Of a stretch of 64,000 nt of DNA, positions 18,298-27,771 are shown piece after piece. Location of the stretch: the NCBI GenBank assembly GCA_963738405.1, contig CAVTWJ010000002.1, positions 1 to 64,000 of the forward strand, read 5' to 3'. The notes below the pieces were generated by a model. It was not told the origin of the DNA and ran no database searches. It saw only the letters and a program-made list of their open reading frames with translations. The stretch is from a candidate division FCPU426 bacterium. GTDB taxonomy: Bacteria > Oederibacteriota > Muellerivitia > Muellerivitales > Muellerivitaceae. Position 1 is the stretch's first letter. Each line of letters begins with the position of its first letter. Both the position numbers and the translations under genes were made by a program.

Positions 18298-19671
18298 CTA
18301 TTGGGAGGCGCCGGTTTTCAACTCGAACTGAACGGGTTCGACGGGCAGGTCTTCCGGCGAAAAGGTAAATTGAACCGTGAGATCCCCCCCCTTCGCCGGG
18401 GTGAAAGTTAAATCAGGGCAATTGTCCCACCCTTGAAAAGTGTCCTTTCCAAATAGTTGGAGTTCGCCCCTGTCCTTTGGCCATCGGCCGTATTTAATCC
18501 GGAATTCCTGGATAACGTCTGTCAAATCCTGAACCAGCGTCTCCCGAATCTCCTGTTCAAATCCGGTGTACCCCTCCACCGGGTCATCGGGTATATCCGG
18601 GGCGACGTTGAAGTCAACCCTTGTCATGGGAATCACAAACCTGTCGAAGAAAGTGACCCGGCAGACATTCCCTTGGTTTGGCCCGACGGTAAGGTGGGGA
18701 TAGAGGCTCAAGTCGAAATTCCATTTGTTTTTCGCGATATAGGCTCTGAGCTCGGCAACCCCTGAGGGCCAGTGAGAGCAATGGGTATAGAAGTCCTGAA
18801 GGAGGCTGCTCATCGGTCCGGACAGGATGAAATGGAGGTTATTTTTTCCATCCAGGGCCCATTGGCGCAAACCATTATTTCCTGTTTTTTTCGACAAGAG
18901 GTCCAGTTTTTCAACCGCGATCCGAAAAAACTCGTTAATCCCTTCCGTTCTGCCGCTTTCTCGAAAATAGCTTTCCAGCCAGGAGCAATCAACAATGATG
19001 TCCACGGAGCGGGCCTTGCTATATTGCCAACCCTGGAGTTTATCCATTTCATTTTTGATGAGTTTTTTCCAGAAGTTCGGGAAGCGCAGTTCATCATATT
19101 CAAACCGCTGTTTTTCCTTATTCCAGACGAAGATGGAAGGCGCGTCGTAATTCTTGCTTCCCCGGTTGTAAAAAACCATCTCCCGGGTCCCGTCCCCGCG
19201 GAGGTCCACGAACGAGGGGGCCTCCCCCGCCGAGCCGGAGGAACCGTCAAAAACGATTCGGGGTTTCAGCCCATCCCACATCAGGAGTTTATACGCGGTG
19301 TAATCTCCCATAGGGGAATCGAAATAGGAATATCCGAAAACGGGCGGCAAATCATCGCGGAAGGTGCCGACAATGACCGGCTCGGGCTTGTTGAGCCTGC
19401 TCCAGACCAACCGGGAATCCGAATCCACCATAAACAAATCGGCGACCCGGTCCGATCCCTTGTCCAAATGAACCGCGTAGAGGGTCAGGGCCTTGCCATC
19501 CGCGTTCAGGCCGGACGGATATTTTTTGATACTTGTGATTTTCATTGTGGAATCGATCAAGGCCGAAATGGGCGAGGGGATGTTTTCGCCGGAAGAGGGT
19601 GTTTGGGCTGTCAGCCCGGGGGCCAAACCTGAAATAAACAAGAAAACCCAACCGACGTGCAAAGTTCTCAT
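18298..19671 (-). CDS. Secreted hypothetical protein (457 aa)
   Basis: Signal peptide; DLRGDGTREMV resembles an FG-GAP/Ca-binding loop; two weak internal repeats (WPS..ELRAY / WPK..ELQLF). Confidence 0.7.
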   Translation of the reverse strand: MRTLHVGWVFLFISGLAPGLTAQTPSSGENIPSPISALIDSTMKITSIKKYPSGLNADGKALTLYAVHLDKGSDRVADLFMVDSDSRLVWSRLNKPEPVIVGTFRDDLPPVFGYSYFDSPMGDYTAYKLLMWDGLKPRIVFDGSSGSAGEAPSFVDLRGDGTREMVFYNRGSKNYDAPSIFVWNKEKQRFEYDELRFPNFWKKLIKNEMDKLQGWQYSKARSVDIIVDCSWLESYFRESGRTEGINEFFRIAVEKLDLLSKKTGNNGLRQWALDGKNNLHFILSGPMSSLLQDFYTHCSHWPSGVAELRAYIAKNKWNFDLSLYPHLTVGPNQGNVCRVTFFDRFVIPMTRVDFNVAPDIPDDPVEGYTGFEQEIRETLVQDLTDVIQEFRIKYGRWPKDRGELQLFGKDTFQGWDNCPDLTFTPAKGGDLTVQFTFSPEDLPVEPVQFELKTGASQ

Positions 19672-19754
19672 GGTGCGCCTCGCGCATGAATATTGAATCC
19701 AACATCCATTCTTTGCCGACCTCAGTACAAAACCGGTTCAGATCAAAACACAAT

Positions 19755-20273
19755 CTATGGCGCAAAATTCTCCTTGAGGTGTTCCTGCTGTTCCTGCTGC
19801 CGCCGACGAAAGGCCTGGCATTGGGGGCAATTGCAGCCATTTTTGAAATACCATTCGAAGGTTTTGAGGGGTTTCTTTTTTTTCAAGGCCGGTTGGGTGA
19901 CAGCTCCGGACGAAACACCATCCTGGGGATTCATGGACATGGCATCGGACGCCGATAAGGCCGGTGTGCTTGAAAGGGCAGGTTTGGGGGCCTTATCCGC
20001 CGTCACCTGGGCCTGGACCGGGAGGACAAACCCAATCGCCAAGGCCAAGATCAGGAATGGGGCGGCGGCGGTGCATTGTAAAGCGCGTTGAACCTGCGGA
20101 TGGGCATGACCATGAGGGTTTTTCCCGACTTCCATTCGCAGGATTCCACTGTTTTTCCGTCGTTCGTCGCGAAAAGGATCCATTTTCCATTTCCCTCCAC
20201 CCTTATGAATTGGCTCGGCTGTTTTTTCTTCCACATTAATTTCCCGCGGCTGCTCAAAACGGAAAAACTGCAT
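19755..20273 (-). CDS. Small secreted hypothetical protein with CNCPQC (true start uncertain, probably near 20050-20090)
   Basis: Signal-like LILALAIGFVLPVQAQ, then CNCPQC; the 5' part of the listed ORF overlaps the upstream gene. Confidence 0.45.
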   Translation of the reverse strand: MQFFRFEQPREINVEEKTAEPIHKGGGKWKMDPFRDERRKNSGILRMEVGKNPHGHAHPQVQRALQCTAAAPFLILALAIGFVLPVQAQVTADKAPKPALSSTPALSASDAMSMNPQDGVSSGAVTQPALKKKKPLKTFEWYFKNGCNCPQCQAFRRRQQEQQEHLKENFAP

Positions 20274-20836
20274 TGCGAAGACCCCACGGACAGGTTCCGA
20301 ACCAGGATCATCGCATCATCATCCGATATGGCCGCTATCGATCCTTGGCCAATCCCAAACTCGTGTTTTTCCCAGCCATCGACATCGAAAATCCGGACCA
20401 AACCGTCGTCAAGGGCCGCCTTCCCGTCCCCAGGGGTGAAAGCGATGTACCTTCCCCCATTCGAGACGACAAGGGATTTCCCTTTTTGGGTCAAGATTCT
20501 TTGGCCCCCGCGGTCATAACCCCTGATTTCCCCGTCCGACAACTCAAAAAACGACCGGCCATTCCCCTGGCTGACGGCGGCATGTAGAACCAAATAGGAC
20601 GTGTTTTTCGACCATTGCGTTTTTCCTTCCTTCAGGAAAATCAGGGAGGTTTTCACCGCCTGATCTGGCAAAGCCGGGTGTTCGGTCTGTATTTGAATGT
20701 CATAAAGCCTTGGGGCCGTCATCGGCTTTTTAAAGATTTGGGCTTGCCCCTCGATCGGACCCATAAAAATTCCAAGAGCTAACATAAGCCACCCAAGCCT
20801 TTTGACCATGGCCTTATCCGGGTTCAGGGTGGCCAT
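20051..20836 (-). CDS. Secreted hypothetical protein
   Basis: Signal peptide; beta-rich segments (VSNGGRYIAF, AISDDDAMIL) suggest a partial propeller. Confidence 0.6.
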   Translation of the reverse strand: MATLNPDKAMVKRLGWLMLALGIFMGPIEGQAQIFKKPMTAPRLYDIQIQTEHPALPDQAVKTSLIFLKEGKTQWSKNTSYLVLHAAVSQGNGRSFFELSDGEIRGYDRGGQRILTQKGKSLVVSNGGRYIAFTPGDGKAALDDGLVRIFDVDGWEKHEFGIGQGSIAAISDDDAMILVRNLSVGSSQCSFSVLSSRGKLMWKKKQPSQFIRVEGNGKWILFATNDGKTVESCEWKSGKTLMVMPIRRFNALYNAPPPPHS

Positions 20837-21224
20837 GATCCCTGCAATGCTGGCAAAGCCTAAGGTTCACCATATGCCCCGCGGCCAAACCCAACGCGCC
20901 GGGCACCGCCATCCACAAACCCGGAACGCCGCCGATCAAAAGTTTTCCCGCCACGATCATCCCCGTACAAAGGTAAAGGACCAGCATCAGATGAATTTTT
21001 CGGTGGAAATGGAAACCATAGCTATAACTGAGCGTGGCCAAAAATATGGACCCGGCGATGAAAAAAAGCTCGATTTTCCGGTCATACAGGAAAGTCGCCC
21101 CCAACCAGGGCAATAGGACCAGTAAAAGCGGGAAAACAACGCAATGGATAGCGCATGTAAAGGACATGAGTGCGCCGATCCTGTCCAGATAGGGGGTTGG
21201 AAGCGTTTGCCATTTATGAACCAT
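20814..21224 (-). CDS. MerC-domain membrane protein
   Basis: LDRIGALMSFTCAIHC, GFHFHR and GHMVNLRLC; four TM segments. Confidence 0.85.
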   Translation of the reverse strand: MVHKWQTLPTPYLDRIGALMSFTCAIHCVVFPLLLVLLPWLGATFLYDRKIELFFIAGSIFLATLSYSYGFHFHRKIHLMLVLYLCTGMIVAGKLLIGGVPGLWMAVPGALGLAAGHMVNLRLCQHCRDHGHPEPG

Positions 21225-21384
21225 GTGGATGTAACCTCAAATCGTCATTACCTCAGATGATGAATAATCTTGGAGTGAACGGAACGGAAAGAAGGGGGAA
21301 AAGCGGGAAACCTAATGGTTTGATAGGACTACGGACGAAACCTAAAAGGCACCGGCGCCTTCCGCCCCATTCCCGTTAATGAAT

Positions 21385-21678
21385 TTAAGAAAAAATCGCG
21401 GGGGGAGCCCGGCCGGAATGGGCCGAGAAGGCCACCGGCTTGAAAGAAGGGTGGAAAACGGCAAGGGTGAACAACAGCAGAAACACCGGCACCAGGTTGG
21501 GGCAGGCGTTCGGAAGGTCGGTTTGGGAAGCGTGGTTATAGTAACTGCAAAAGGCGCAGTCCTGCTCCTCGCTCTCGCTGTGGTGATGGTGGTGCAGGAA
21601 CCCGTGGGCGGAACCCGCGAGGCCGAAAACCATCATCATGGCCAGCGCTAAAATTCTCATCCTGCTCTTGGTAGGCAA
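21385..21678 (-). CDS. DUF2946/CruR-like leader protein 3 (His run, CxxC, RAPP)
   Basis: Signal/TM segment-LHHHHHSES-DCAFC...HSGRAPPAIFS*; upstream of the MerC-like gene. Confidence 0.8.
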   Translation of the reverse strand: MPTKSRMRILALAMMMVFGLAGSAHGFLHHHHHSESEEQDCAFCSYYNHASQTDLPNACPNLVPVFLLLFTLAVFHPSFKPVAFSAHSGRAPPAIFS

Positions 21679-21794
21679 CGAAGGCTCCCGTTGTTGATGA
21701 AACTAGGGTTCATCATGCCGATACCCTCTAAAAAATGTCAATAAGGCGCCTATGCTGTAGAGGTCCAGCAACGGTCATACCAAATCTTCGACTC

Positions 21795-22484
21795 TCAACC
21801 CCGCCTAGTCCGCCCCGTCGTTTTGGGAGGATCGGCAAGGATAAATTCCCCCTTCACCAGCCAGGAGATACCAAAGAAGATCACCGCCGCCCCCTCGAAG
21901 AAAAAGACGATTCCCCAATATTGGTTCTGATCCGTTTTGAAAAAGAGATCATAGATCACAATCGCCGCCAAACAGGCCAGCATGACCCACCCGCAAACCC
22001 GGTAAACCCCGTTACGTTGTACCTTCTTGGCAGTCATGGTATTGACCGATCTGGTCTTGGTGAATTGAACCAAACTGATGAAGGCCAGGGTCGCCAAGAA
22101 AAGGGCCGCGAACCCCAGGTGGAACCAGCCTCGGATCACGTCTGGTTTCAAAAGGTCGTTCACCGGTGTGCAAGGAACCAAGGCCACCAAAAGTGCCGAA
22201 AAACCCGCAATGCGGGCCAACACCCGGTCCCTAATATCCCATCCCCGGTAACAGCAGAGGAACACCCCCACCGCCGCCATGACCCCCACGAAGATGTTCC
22301 GGGGCGCGGGCAAGCCCGAGTCGGAGTAGTAAAAGTCGCTGATGGAAGGTTCTATATGGAAGCCATTGGCCAGCCACAAGGCAAAGGGCAGGGCGATCCC
22401 CAAAAGGCCCACCAACCGCCGCAAAATTAGTTCGGAGATCACCAAAGAGCCGACCTTCCCGATCATAAGAGCCTCCGCTTCCAA
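21795..22484 (-). CDS. Multi-pass membrane protein (DUF998-like)
   Basis: LRRLVGLLGIALP, SISDFYYS, RNIFVG, RNGVYRVCG and FGISWLVKGE; about six TM segments. Confidence 0.75.
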   Translation of the reverse strand: MEAEALMIGKVGSLVISELILRRLVGLLGIALPFALWLANGFHIEPSISDFYYSDSGLPAPRNIFVGVMAAVGVFLCCYRGWDIRDRVLARIAGFSALLVALVPCTPVNDLLKPDVIRGWFHLGFAALFLATLAFISLVQFTKTRSVNTMTAKKVQRNGVYRVCGWVMLACLAAIVIYDLFFKTDQNQYWGIVFFFEGAAVIFFGISWLVKGEFILADPPKTTGRTRRG

Positions 22485-22817
22485 GGTTTGTCACCGGGTT
22501 ACCCGGCTTTGGGGATTAACTAGGGTTCAATTATTACGCAGAGTAATAATTCCGGGCGGGATTTATAACACTGTTATAAAAGACCCCAAATTCCCTTATT
22601 TGAATTGTACGGATTCCGTACAATTCGACCCCCCAATCCCCTTTTGGCACGATTCAGAGATGGCACGATCGGTGGCACGATTTCGATACCCCAAAAACCC
22701 TTTAAAATGATGCCCCGACTCGGGGCACGAAAAATAAGGGGTTTTTGAAGATTCTTCAGAATACCCAGATTTCCCCTATTTTAAGTGCCCGTATTACGGG
22801 CAACTAACCCTCGGTTT

Positions 22818-25109
22818 TTAGGGTTCGTCTAACACCCTTCGGATCTTCCGGGCCAGGTCGTCCATGGCGTATGGTTTTTGGACCCAATGTAGGTTCTCGC
22901 CCTTGTCCATAGCCTCAGTCAAAATCTCCTCCGGGTACCCGGAAACGAAGATCACCCTCAAGATAGGCCTTACCTTTATCAGTTCAGCCACCAATTCCCT
23001 TCCGTTCATCTTGGGCATGATGGTGTCGGTCAAAAGCAGGTCAATTTCCCCGGCGTGCTTTTCAGCCGCCTGGAGGGCTGCGGCGCCGTTTTCCCCCTCC
23101 AATACCTTGTAACCCAGTTTTTTCAACTGCCTCACCAAAATCTTCCTGACCGCGTCCTCATCCTCCGCCACCAGCAGGGTCTCCTTACCGCCTTCCATTC
23201 CCGAAGCCAGTCCTTCCTTGGGCGTTTCATGGGGTAACGCTTCCATCGCCCGGAAGTAGAGGGTGAAGGTGGACCCCCGGCCTACGATGCTCGTCAACCG
23301 AATATGCCCATTCCACCGGCTGACGATGCTGTAAACCGTGGCCAAACCCAGGCCCGTACCCTTCCCCCCCTTGGTGGTGAAAAAAGGCTCGAAGATACGC
23401 TTTTGAATTTCAGGCTCGATCCCCGTGCCCGTGTCGGTGACTGACAACCGCACGTAGGTTCCGGCGGGGATTCCCTCGCCCGAATCTTCCACCCTTTCCT
23501 CCAAAACCGTCTCCAAAATCAGCACACCCCCGTTGGGCATGGCGTCCCGCGCGTTCAAAACCAGGTTGAGGATAACCTGCTGGATCTGCCCTAAGTCGGC
23601 GTAGATGGGCTTGAGCCCGCCACCGGGGAGGATGCGAAGCTCAACGCTGGCGTCGATCAGCCGCCGGAACATCTTGTTCATCTCCACGCAAACGTTGTCG
23701 AGCCATACCGCCTGGGGCTGGGCCTCCTGCCTCTTACCGAAAATCAAAAGCTGGCGGGTCAGGTCCGAGCCCTGCTTGACCGCCTTTTGAATTTCCCCGA
23801 TTTCCTCCCTCCCGGGATCGCCCTCCGCCATCCCTTCCTTAAGAAAATCCGCGTTGCCCGTGATTACGCTCAGGAGGTTGTTGAAATCGTGCGCCACCCC
23901 GCCCGCCAGGCGGCCTATGGCGTCCATTTTCTGGGAAAGCATCATCTGTTCCTCTTGTTTGGCCAGGACTTCCTCGGTCTTCTTTTGCTCGCTGATGTCC
24001 CGGGCGATGATGGAGGCCCGGGTGGTTTCCCCGGAAGGGTCCTTGAGGGGGGTGAGGGTCATGGAGACCACGACCACCCTTCCGTCCTTCGTTCGGTGGG
24101 CCGCCGTTAAATTGGCCGCCGTGTCCCCCCGTCTCAGGATTTCCAAAATTCGCGGCAGGCCCTCCGGCCCCTCGGAGGGAACAATGAGGGACAAGTCCCT
24201 CCCCCCCGCTTCCCGCGCTGAAAACCCGTAGATGCGTTCCGCCCCCGGGTTCCAACTGAGGATGATCCCCTCCCGGGTGACCGAATAGATGGCGTCGGAG
24301 GATGTATCGACGATGGAAGCCAGCCGGGCCAGGGCCCTTTCGGCCTTGCGCCGGTCCGTGACGTCCCGGTAGTTCAAAACAAGCGAGGGGTAGGCGTCGG
24401 CGGGAAGGACGCGGGTTTTCCCCGTCACTTCCAGCGTGCGCCAGGTCCCATCCCTATGCCTCACCTGGAACTCGGTGGTCGTACTCAAGGCCGGGTTTTC
24501 GGAAAGGCGCCCCAAAAACTCACGCACCCCGATGGCGTCCTCAGGAAAAACATAATCCAGCAGATTGACCCAGTTCTTGTCCCCCCCGGGATAGCCCAGG
24601 ATGCGCTCCACCGAGGGGCTGAGGTAGCTGATGTTTCCGTCGCGGTTGGCCACCATGACGCCTTCCAGGGCGTTCTCGATGAGGGCGCGGTAATATTCCT
24701 TCTCGCGGGACAACTGTTCCGCGGCGCGCTTGCGCTCGAGTGAATAGCGGATGACCCGCTCCAATAGCCAGGTGTCCAATTGGGACTTGTTGACGTAATC
24801 GGCGGCGCCGAGCCGCATGGCCTCGCGGTCCACCTCCGGGTCCCCCTGCCCGGTAAGGAGAATGACGGGGGGAGGATCGTCCATGGAAGCCGCGGCCCTT
24901 AAAAAATCAAAACCCGAATCCGGCCCCAGGCGGTAATCCACCAGATAGACATCAAACCTCCGGTTGGAAAGCTCGTCCAAGCCCGCCTCGAGGGAAGCGG
25001 CGTTGGAAAGAACGTAATCCCCCGCCCCGGTCTTAGCCATGAGGGTCTTGAGGATTAAAAAATCCTCGGGGTTATCCTCAACCACGAGGATCCGCGCCGG
25101 GTTGCTCAT
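22818..25109 (-). CDS. Hybrid histidine kinase REC-PAS-PAS-HisKA-HATPase-REC (CckA-like core)
   Basis: LAGGVAHDFNNLL, NLVLNARDAM, DTGTG, FEPFFTTK and GTGLGL; start reassigned to MSNPAR (ATGA overlap). Confidence 0.93.
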   Translation of the reverse strand: MSNPARILVVEDNPEDFLILKTLMAKTGAGDYVLSNAASLEAGLDELSNRRFDVYLVDYRLGPDSGFDFLRAAASMDDPPPVILLTGQGDPEVDREAMRLGAADYVNKSQLDTWLLERVIRYSLERKRAAEQLSREKEYYRALIENALEGVMVANRDGNISYLSPSVERILGYPGGDKNWVNLLDYVFPEDAIGVREFLGRLSENPALSTTTEFQVRHRDGTWRTLEVTGKTRVLPADAYPSLVLNYRDVTDRRKAERALARLASIVDTSSDAIYSVTREGIILSWNPGAERIYGFSAREAGGRDLSLIVPSEGPEGLPRILEILRRGDTAANLTAAHRTKDGRVVVVSMTLTPLKDPSGETTRASIIARDISEQKKTEEVLAKQEEQMMLSQKMDAIGRLAGGVAHDFNNLLSVITGNADFLKEGMAEGDPGREEIGEIQKAVKQGSDLTRQLLIFGKRQEAQPQAVWLDNVCVEMNKMFRRLIDASVELRILPGGGLKPIYADLGQIQQVILNLVLNARDAMPNGGVLILETVLEERVEDSGEGIPAGTYVRLSVTDTGTGIEPEIQKRIFEPFFTTKGGKGTGLGLATVYSIVSRWNGHIRLTSIVGRGSTFTLYFRAMEALPHETPKEGLASGMEGGKETLLVAEDEDAVRKILVRQLKKLGYKVLEGENGAAALQAAEKHAGEIDLLLTDTIMPKMNGRELVAELIKVRPILRVIFVSGYPEEILTEAMDKGENLHWVQKPYAMDDLARKIRRVLDEP

Positions 25110-27220
25110 GAGGTCGCCGTCCAGGGAAGGGCGGAAGAAAATAGGGCCTCCGCCGAGGTGGGCGGGAGGGGCTTGGCGTAGTAATAACCCTGGGCCGCGG
25201 GACAATTCAGGGACCGAAGGATGACGGCCTGTTCCAGGGTTTCCACCCCCTCGGCGATGACCCCCATTCCCAGCTCGTCCGCCAGGGTGATGATGGTGCG
25301 CACGATGCCCGTGTCGGTGGGCGTCATGCGCCTGACGAAGGATTGGTCGATCTTCAAAACATCCAGGGGAAAGCGGTGGAGCTGGCTGAGGGAGGAATAG
25401 CCGGTGCCAAAATCGTCCAGGTGCAGTGAAAGCCGGTTCTTTTTCAGTTGGCCCAAAACGGCGGAGGCGGCGTCAAAATTCTCAACCATGACACTCTCGG
25501 TAATTTCCAAATTGATGTGCTCGGGCCGCAGCCCGTGGTCCTTCAGCGAGGAAAGGACAAAGGCCGCCATGTCTTTCCCTAAAAACTGTTTGGCCGACAT
25601 GTTGACCGAAACCGAGAGATGGTCGGCCTTGGGGTATTTTTCCAGCCATTCCCGCCTTTGACGGCAGGCTTCCCTCAAAACCCAATCCCCGATGGGCAAA
25701 ATGAGCCCCGTTTCCTCGGCCAGGGGGATGAATTGGGCGGGTGAAACCATGCCTTTCTTGGGATGTTCCCACCGCAGGAGGGCCTCGAAACCTTCCAGCT
25801 TTCCGTTTTTCAGGGAAACGACCGGCTGGTAAAAGACCTTGAATTCCTTTTTCTCCAGGGCGTGGCGCAGGTCGGTTTCCAGGGTCAGGTTTTCAACCGA
25901 GCCGGTGCGCATGGCGGAATCATAAAATTCGATGGGATTTTTGGAACGGTACCTGGCCCAATTGAGGGCCTGGTAGGCGTCCCGGAGCATTTCTTCGCCC
26001 TTGCCATAGGCCCGGGAGTCGGCCACGAGACCCGCCGTGGCGCTTAAAAAGACCTCATGGCCCTCGAAGCGGAAATGGGTCCTGAAAATCTCGATGATCG
26101 CTTTCCCCGAGCGGTCCGCTTCCTCCGGGCTGAGGGAGCCCCCTAAAAGAACGGCGAACTCGCTCCCGCCCAGATGCGCCGCCGTATCCCCCCGGGCCAC
26201 GGAATGTTCCAGCCGCCGGGCGGATTCCCGCAAAAGGAGGACTTCCGCGTCGGGGCCCAGGGCCTGGCTGATTTTCCGCACCCCCTTCACGTGAAGGTAA
26301 AGGACCGCGAAATAATCCCGGGAATCCCTCTGCTGGCGCTTGAGGGCCTGCCCCATCCGCTCCAGGAACAACACTCGGTTGGGAAGCCGGGTGATGGGGC
26401 TAAAAAGGGTGTGATGGAGGATTTTTTGTTCGGCCATCTTGAGGGGCGTGACATCCCGGAAGACCATCACAGCGCCGCCCGCCTGGCTTCCCGGGCTTTC
26501 TTTCAGGGGCCTGGCCGAGACGATCAAAAAAACGTTCCCCCCCGTTCTTTCGTTGGACACGACCATTTCCACGTTATCCACCATCTCGCCCCTCAGGGCC
26601 CGGGAGAGCGGCCTTTCCTCGTGAGGAAAGGGAGTGATTCCATCGGGGAGAAAAACACCGGATGCCTTCACCCAATCCCCGTTGGGGCCGGATTCCTTTT
26701 CCCCAATAATCCTCTCGCCCGCTGGGTTGATAAACATCAATTTTCCCCGGGCGTCAACCATGACCACCCCCTCCCCCATGTTTTCCAGGACCGATTCCAG
26801 GAGAAAGGTTCTTTGGCTCAGCTCGGAGCGGATTTTCTTTTGGGCGAGGGCGTAGCGGATGGCGCGGTCCAGCAGATCGGGGGTTAGGTCCGCCTTGGCA
26901 AGGTAATCGGCGGCGCCGAGCCGCATGGCTTCCATATCCACCGCCGGGTCCCCCTGCCCCGTGAGGAGGATGACCGGGGGAGCGTCCGGCAGGGCCGCCG
27001 CGGTTTGAAGGAAATCAAATCCCGTGTCCGGCCCCAGGCGGAAATCCACCAGGTAAGCGTCGTGCCTTTCCAAGGCCAGTTCCCTCAGGCCCTCCGCCAG
27101 GGATCGGGCCTGTTCCAGTACGTAAGACTTCAGGGCGGATTTGGCCAAGTGGGTTTGAAGGATCAGGAAATCCTCGGCGTTGTCCTCGACGGCCAGTACG
27201 CGGATCTTTGCCTCAGCCAT
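25106..27220 (-). CDS. REC-PAS-degenerate GGDEF-EAL protein (probable c-di-GMP phosphodiesterase)
   Basis: GGSEF instead of GGDEF; intact FEALLRW, EITES, DDFGTGYSS, LKID and AEGVE. Confidence 0.92.
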   Translation of the reverse strand: MAEAKIRVLAVEDNAEDFLILQTHLAKSALKSYVLEQARSLAEGLRELALERHDAYLVDFRLGPDTGFDFLQTAAALPDAPPVILLTGQGDPAVDMEAMRLGAADYLAKADLTPDLLDRAIRYALAQKKIRSELSQRTFLLESVLENMGEGVVMVDARGKLMFINPAGERIIGEKESGPNGDWVKASGVFLPDGITPFPHEERPLSRALRGEMVDNVEMVVSNERTGGNVFLIVSARPLKESPGSQAGGAVMVFRDVTPLKMAEQKILHHTLFSPITRLPNRVLFLERMGQALKRQQRDSRDYFAVLYLHVKGVRKISQALGPDAEVLLLRESARRLEHSVARGDTAAHLGGSEFAVLLGGSLSPEEADRSGKAIIEIFRTHFRFEGHEVFLSATAGLVADSRAYGKGEEMLRDAYQALNWARYRSKNPIEFYDSAMRTGSVENLTLETDLRHALEKKEFKVFYQPVVSLKNGKLEGFEALLRWEHPKKGMVSPAQFIPLAEETGLILPIGDWVLREACRQRREWLEKYPKADHLSVSVNMSAKQFLGKDMAAFVLSSLKDHGLRPEHINLEITESVMVENFDAASAVLGQLKKNRLSLHLDDFGTGYSSLSQLHRFPLDVLKIDQSFVRRMTPTDTGIVRTIITLADELGMGVIAEGVETLEQAVILRSLNCPAAQGYYYAKPLPPTSAEALFSSALPWTATS

Positions 27221-27683
27221 GGCCGGTGAAATCCCTTCCGGAGGGCAATTCCACGATTTCCAGCCAGTAGGTTTTGAGCGCCTGGATAATCTTCACCAGG
27301 CCCTCAAAATCAGGGGGCTTGACGATATATGAATTGGCGCCCATGTCGTAACAGCCCAGGATGTCCTCGAGGGATTTGGAAGTGGTCATGACGACGACCG
27401 GAATCCGCCTCAGTTTTTCATCCTTTTTAATGATCCGGAGCGCTTCCTGCCCGTTCATTCGGGGCATGTTCAAGTCGAGGAGAATGAAACAGGGGAAGGG
27501 CTCCTGGTCCAACTCGGAATATTTTCCGCGCCGGTAGAGGTAGTCGATCAATTCTCCTCCGTCGGCGACTGAAACGAAGGGGTTGAGGATTTGGTTCTTT
27601 TCCATGGCCTTTTTGGCGAGAAAACGGTCATCCGGGTCGTCTTCCGCCATCAGGATCGGCGCGTTGGGCAAGGCTTGGATCAT
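27213..27683 (-). CDS. Single-domain response regulator (Rcp1-like)
   Basis: AEDDPDD, LLDLNMP, GANSYIVKP and YWLEIVELP; start reassigned to MIQALP. Confidence 0.9.
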   Translation of the reverse strand: MIQALPNAPILMAEDDPDDRFLAKKAMEKNQILNPFVSVADGGELIDYLYRRGKYSELDQEPFPCFILLDLNMPRMNGQEALRIIKKDEKLRRIPVVVMTTSKSLEDILGCYDMGANSYIVKPPDFEGLVKIIQALKTYWLEIVELPSGRDFTGHG

Positions 27684-27771
27684 ATTTTCTCCTTTACCAT
27701 TTCCGGTAAAAATCAAAACCAAAATACATTCTTCACCGCCAAGAAAACCCAAAGTCATCAAAACCTAATTT

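Noticed and set aside
22644..22690. Functional sigma54 promoter
   Set aside because: TGGCACG is present but without TTGC at the required spacing, and there is no plus-strand gene downstream
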